Below, piece by piece: positions 8,197-11,607 of a DNA stretch of 11,607 nt; positions within the stretch are counted from its first letter, which is position 1; each line of letters opens with the position of its first letter. The stretch lies in UHGV virus genome UHGV-0096542; one strand, given 5' to 3'. The position numbers and the translations under genes were made by a program. The notes below the pieces were generated by a model. The model did no database searches, was not told the DNA's origin, and was given only the letters and a program-made list of their open reading frames with translations. Source of the stretch: a virus.

Positions 8197-8438
8197 TACT
8201 TACTGCACAATAATACACAAAATTGCGTAAATTTTTTGCATGGATTTTAGCTCTTTCAGCCGACATTTAAGGGGTAAATAGCATTTCCTAAAAGCAACTG
8301 CACCAACCCAACAGAATGGGCTACCGCTTACGTTGAGAGCAAAAAAGTGTATAGCAGCAATGAACAGCATCCTCGCACTGACGAGGATTTCTTTTATCTG
8401 AACTCGCTACGGCGGGTTTTGTTTTATGGAGATGATAA

Positions 8439-8606
8439 ATGCACTTCCGAGTCACAGGTGAATGGAATGGAGAACCATTCAACAGAGTTATCGAAGCCGA
8501 GAACATCAGCGACTGCTATGACCACTGGATGCTGTGGGCGCAGATAGCACATGCAGACGTAACCAATATTCGAATTGAAGAACTGAAAGAACACCAAGCC
8601 GCCTGA
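8439..8606 (+). CDS. Small hypothetical protein (55 aa, MHFRVTGEWNGEPFNRVIEAENISDCYDHWMLWAQIAHADVTNIRIEELKEHQAA) immediately upstream of xis
   Basis: ORF read manually (below six-frame cut-off); GGAG 8 nt upstream of ATG; in-frame TAA directly upstream fixes the start; stop codon lies in the loop of the following hairpin. Confidence 0.45.
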   Translation: MHFRVTGEWNGEPFNRVIEAENISDCYDHWMLWAQIAHADVTNIRIEELKEHQAA

Positions 8607-8618
8607 TGGCGGTTTTTT
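8599..8618 (+). terminator. Intrinsic terminator-like hairpin (CCGCC-TGAT-GGCGG + T6) just upstream of pI/xis
   Basis: 5-bp GC stem 8599..8603/8608..8612 followed by TTTTTT at 8613..8618. Confidence 0.4.
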
Positions 8619-8619
8619 C

Positions 8620-8633
8620 TTGCGTGTAATTGC
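8620..8633 (+). promoter_or_regulatory. pI promoter -35 region with CII binding repeat (TTGCGTGTAATTGC) driving int
   Basis: TTGC-N6-TTGC direct repeat 12 nt upstream of the xis ATG, matching the recalled lambda pI CII site. Confidence 0.6.
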
Positions 8634-8645
8634 GGAGACTTTGCG

Positions 8646-8864
8646 ATGTACTTGACACTTCAGGAGTGGAACGCACGCCAGCGACGCCCAAGAAGCCTTG
8701 AAACAGTTCGTCGATGGGTACGCGAGTGCAGGATATTCCCTCCTCCGGTTAAGGATGGAAGAGAGTATCTGTTCCACGAATCAGCGGTAAAGGTTGACTT
8801 AAATCGACCAGTAACAGGTAGCCTTTTGAAGAGGATCAGAAATGGGAAGAAGGCGAAGTCATGA
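8646..8864 (+). CDS. xis: Excisionase Xis (72 aa)
   Basis: Translation MYLTLQEWNARQRRPRSLETVRRWVRECRIFPPPVKDGREYLFHESAVKVDLNRPVTGSLLKRIRNGKKAKS matches lambda Xis; overlaps int start. Confidence 0.97.
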   Translation: MYLTLQEWNARQRRPRSLETVRRWVRECRIFPPPVKDGREYLFHESAVKVDLNRPVTGSLLKRIRNGKKAKS

Positions 8865-9912
8865 GCGCCGGGATTTACCCCCTAACCTTTATATAAGAAA
8901 CAATGGATATTACTGCTACAGGGACCCAAGGACGGGTAAAGAGTTTGGATTAGGCAGAGACAGGCGAATCGCAATCACTGAAGCCATACAGGCCAACATT
9001 GAGTTATTTTCAGGACACAAACACAAGCCTCTGACAGCGAGAATCAACAGTGATAATTCCGTTACGTTACATTCATGGCTTGATCGCTACGAAAAAATCC
9101 TGGCCAGCAGAGGAATCAAGCAGAAGACACTCATAAATTACATGAGCAAAATTAAAGCAATAAGGAGGGGGCTGCCTGATGCTCCACTTGAAGACATCAC
9201 CACAAAAGAAATTGCGGCAATGCTCAATGGATACATAGACGAGGGCAAGGCGGCGTCAGCCAAGTTAATCAGATCAACACTGAGCGATGCATTCCGAGAG
9301 GCAATAGCTGAAGGCCATATAACAACAAACCCTGTCGCTGCCACTCGCGCAGCAAAATCAGAGGTAAGGAGATCAAGACTTACGGCTGACGAATACCTGA
9401 AAATTTATCAAGCAGCAGAATCATCACCATGTTGGCTCAGACTTGCAATGGAACTGGCTGTTGTTACCGGGCAACGAGTTGGTGATTTATGCGAAATGAA
9501 GTGGTCTGATATCGTAGATGGATATCTTTATGTCGAGCAAAGCAAAACAGGCGTAAAAATTGCCATCCCAACAGCATTGCATGTTGATGCTCTCGGAATA
9601 TCAATGAAGGAAACACTTGATAAATGCAAAGAGATTCTTGACGGAGAAACCATAATTGCATCTACTCGTCGTGAACCGCTTTCATCCGGCACAGTATCAA
9701 GGTATTTTATGCGCGCACGAAAAGCATCAGGTCTTTCCTTCGAAGGGGATCCGCCTACCTTTCACGAGTTGCGCAGTTTGTCTGCAAGACTCTATGAGAA
9801 GCAGATAAGCGATAAGTTTGCTCAACATCTTCTCGGGCATAAGTCGGACACCATGGCATCACAGTATCGTGATGACAGAGGCAGGGAGTGGGACAAAATT
9901 GAAATCAAATAA
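8842..9912 (+). CDS. int: Lambda integrase Int (356 aa, tyrosine recombinase)
   Basis: Translation MGRRRSHERRDLPPNLYIRNNGYYCYRDPRTGKEFGLGRDRRIAITEAIQANIELF...HELRSLSARLYEKQISDKFAQHLLGHKSDTMASQYRDDRGREWDKIEIK matches lambda Int including the C-terminal catalytic H-x-x-R...Y region. Confidence 0.97.
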   Translation: MGRRRSHERRDLPPNLYIRNNGYYCYRDPRTGKEFGLGRDRRIAITEAIQANIELFSGHKHKPLTARINSDNSVTLHSWLDRYEKILASRGIKQKTLINYMSKIKAIRRGLPDAPLEDITTKEIAAMLNGYIDEGKAASAKLIRSTLSDAFREAIAEGHITTNPVAATRAAKSEVRRSRLTADEYLKIYQAAESSPCWLRLAMELAVVTGQRVGDLCEMKWSDIVDGYLYVEQSKTGVKIAIPTALHVDALGISMKETLDKCKEILDGETIIASTRREPLSSGTVSRYFMRARKASGLSFEGDPPTFHELRSLSARLYEKQISDKFAQHLLGHKSDTMASQYRDDRGREWDKIEIK

Positions 9913-10005
9913 TGATTTTATTTTGACTGATAGTGACCTGTTCGTTGCAACAAATTGATAAGCAATGCTTTTTTATAATGCCAACTTAGTATAAAAAAGC
10001 AGGCT
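9913..10005. other. attL: attL (B-O-P') prophage/host junction: P' arm with Int arm-type site (reverse complement AGGTCACTATCAG at about 9925..9937) and IHF-like site, 15-bp core at 9986..10000, then host B arm
   Basis: Reverse complement of 9981..10008 reads TGAAGCCTGCTTTTTTATACTAAGTTGG, i.e. core GCTTTTTTATACTAA flanked by attB-type left arm (CTGC) and attP-type right arm (GTTGG). Confidence 0.85.
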
Positions 10006-10046
10006 TCAACGGATTCATTTTTCTATTTCATAGCCCGGAGCAACCT

Positions 10047-11330
10047 GTGAACACATTTTCAGTTTCCCGTCTGGCGCTGGCATTGGCTTTTGGCGTGACG
10101 CTGACCGCCTGTAGCTCAACACCGCCCGATCAACGTCCTTCTGATCAAACCGCGCCTGGTACCTCTTCTCGCCCGATTCTGTCGGCAAAAGAAGCGCAGA
10201 ATTTCGATGCTCAACACTATTTTGCATCCCTGACACCAGGTGCTGCAGCGTGGAATCCTTCCCCGATTACCCTGCCTGCGCAACCTGACTTTGTTGTCGG
10301 CCCGGCGGGTACTCCAGGTGTAACGCATACCACGATTCAGGCGGCGGTAGATGCGGCAATTATCAAGCGCACCAACAAGCGCCAGTATATTGCCGTGATG
10401 CCTGGTGAGTATCAGGGAACGGTATATGTCCCTGCCGCTCCGGGTGGAATTACTCTGTACGGTACAGGTGAAAAACCGATTGATGTGAAGATTGGGCTTT
10501 CCCTTGATGGTGGCATGAGCCCTGCCGACTGGCGTCACGACGTCAACCCGCGCGGCAAATATATGCCAGGTAAACCAGCGTGGTATATGTACGATAGCTG
10601 CCAGAGCAAACGCAGCGACAGTATCGGTGTTCTCTGCTCTGCGGTCTTCTGGTCACAAAACAATGGCCTGCAACTGCAAAATCTGACCATCGAAAACACG
10701 CTGGGCGATAGCGTAGATGCAGGTAACCATCCGGCGGTGGCACTGCGTACTGATGGTGACCAGGTACAGATTAACAACGTTAACATTCTCGGTCGTCAGA
10801 ACACCTTCTTTGTCACCAACAGCGGTGTGCAGAACCGTCTGGAAACCAACCGTCAGCCGCGTACGCTGGTGACCAACAGCTACATTGAAGGGGATGTGGA
10901 TATCGTTTCTGGTCGCGGCGCAGTGGTGTTCGATAATACCGAATTCCGCGTGGTGAACTCACGTACTCAGCAAGAAGCGTATGTGTTTGCACCGGCTACG
11001 CTGTCCAACATCTATTACGGTTTCCTCGCCGTAAACAGCCGTTTCAATGCTTCCGGTGATGGCGTGGCGCAACTGGGCCGCTCGCTGGATGTTGATGCCA
11101 ATACCAACGGTCAGGTGGTGATCCGTGATAGCGCCATCAACGAAGGTTTTAACACGGCTAAACCGTGGGCCGATGCGGTGATTTCCAATCGTCCGTTTGC
11201 GGGTAATACTGGCAACGTTGATGATAACGACGAAGTACAGCGTAATCTGAATGACACTAACTACAACCGCATGTGGGAATACAATAACCGCGGCGTGGGT
11301 AGCAAAGTGGTTGCAGAGGCGAAGAAGTAA
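10047..11330 (+). CDS. ybhC: Host outer-membrane lipoprotein YbhC (pectinesterase-fold; 427 aa, GTG start)
   Basis: N-terminal lipoprotein signal MNTFSVSRLALALAFGVTLTAC (lipobox LTAC); this gene flanks attB(lambda) on the gal side in E. coli; long ORF with host-like codon usage. Confidence 0.9.
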   Translation: MNTFSVSRLALALAFGVTLTACSSTPPDQRPSDQTAPGTSSRPILSAKEAQNFDAQHYFASLTPGAAAWNPSPITLPAQPDFVVGPAGTPGVTHTTIQAAVDAAIIKRTNKRQYIAVMPGEYQGTVYVPAAPGGITLYGTGEKPIDVKIGLSLDGGMSPADWRHDVNPRGKYMPGKPAWYMYDSCQSKRSDSIGVLCSAVFWSQNNGLQLQNLTIENTLGDSVDAGNHPAVALRTDGDQVQINNVNILGRQNTFFVTNSGVQNRLETNRQPRTLVTNSYIEGDVDIVSGRGAVVFDNTEFRVVNSRTQQEAYVFAPATLSNIYYGFLAVNSRFNASGDGVAQLGRSLDVDANTNGQVVIRDSAINEGFNTAKPWADAVISNRPFAGNTGNVDDNDEVQRNLNDTNYNRMWEYNNRGVGSKVVAEAKK

Positions 11331-11346
11331 AAGCGATTAACTTTTT

Positions 11347-11543
<197 letters not shown>

Positions 11544-11607
11544 AACATTTACATGGCGCTTTTTAAAGCTGACGATTTTTATTGAAGTTAATCAAACTAC
11601 CCGCTTT

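Noticed and set aside
8015-8266. 83-aa minus-strand ORF overlapping the 5' end of the membrane protein gene in another frame
   Set aside because: Overlaps the better-supported 200-aa ORF by >100 nt out of frame; basic low-complexity composition typical of AT-rich shadow frames.
8321-8777. ORFs 8347..8547 (+), 8321..8506 (-), 8424..8777 (-), 8506..8691 (-)
   Set aside because: Overlap the 55-aa ORF, pI and xis in wrong frames or on the antisense strand; no RBS; xis identity is unambiguous.
9138-9661. Minus-strand ORFs 9138..9344 and 9464..9661 inside int
   Set aside because: Antisense to the integrase coding sequence; no start signals.
10015-10786. Minus-strand ORFs 10015..10236, 10116..10538, 10535..10786, 10543..10743 opposite ybhC
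   Set aside because: Antisense shadow ORFs within a high-GC host gene; arginine-rich translations typical of reverse-strand artefacts.

Overview
This window is the int-proximal (left) end of a lambda-like prophage integrated at the E. coli attB(lambda) site, plus the flanking host gene ybhC and REP repeats. The window is reverse-complemented relative to the conventional lambda map, so the pL operon reads on the + strand. Recognisable by direct protein reading: O (5' part, divergent allele), cII, 434-type cro and cI with the six 434 operators, N, sieB, orf28, ral, ea10, cIII, kil, gam, bet, exo, orf60a/63/61, a TraR-like orf73, xis, int, then attL (B-O-P') and ybhC. Gene lengths and spacing from N through exo match the lambda reference layout as I recall it. 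Three regions depart from lambda: (i) the immunity module is 434-type, with an exported-protein ORF overlapping the cI stop where lambda has rexAB; (ii) the O N-terminus diverges after about codon 29; (iii) the ea22/ea8.5 slot between orf73 and xis is replaced by an AT-rich segment carrying a 200-aa three-helix membrane protein gene antisense to pL. That last insert is the best candidate for an undescribed accessory (lysogenic-conversion or exclusion) function. All identifications are from reading the sequence and recalled protein/site sequences; no database search was run.
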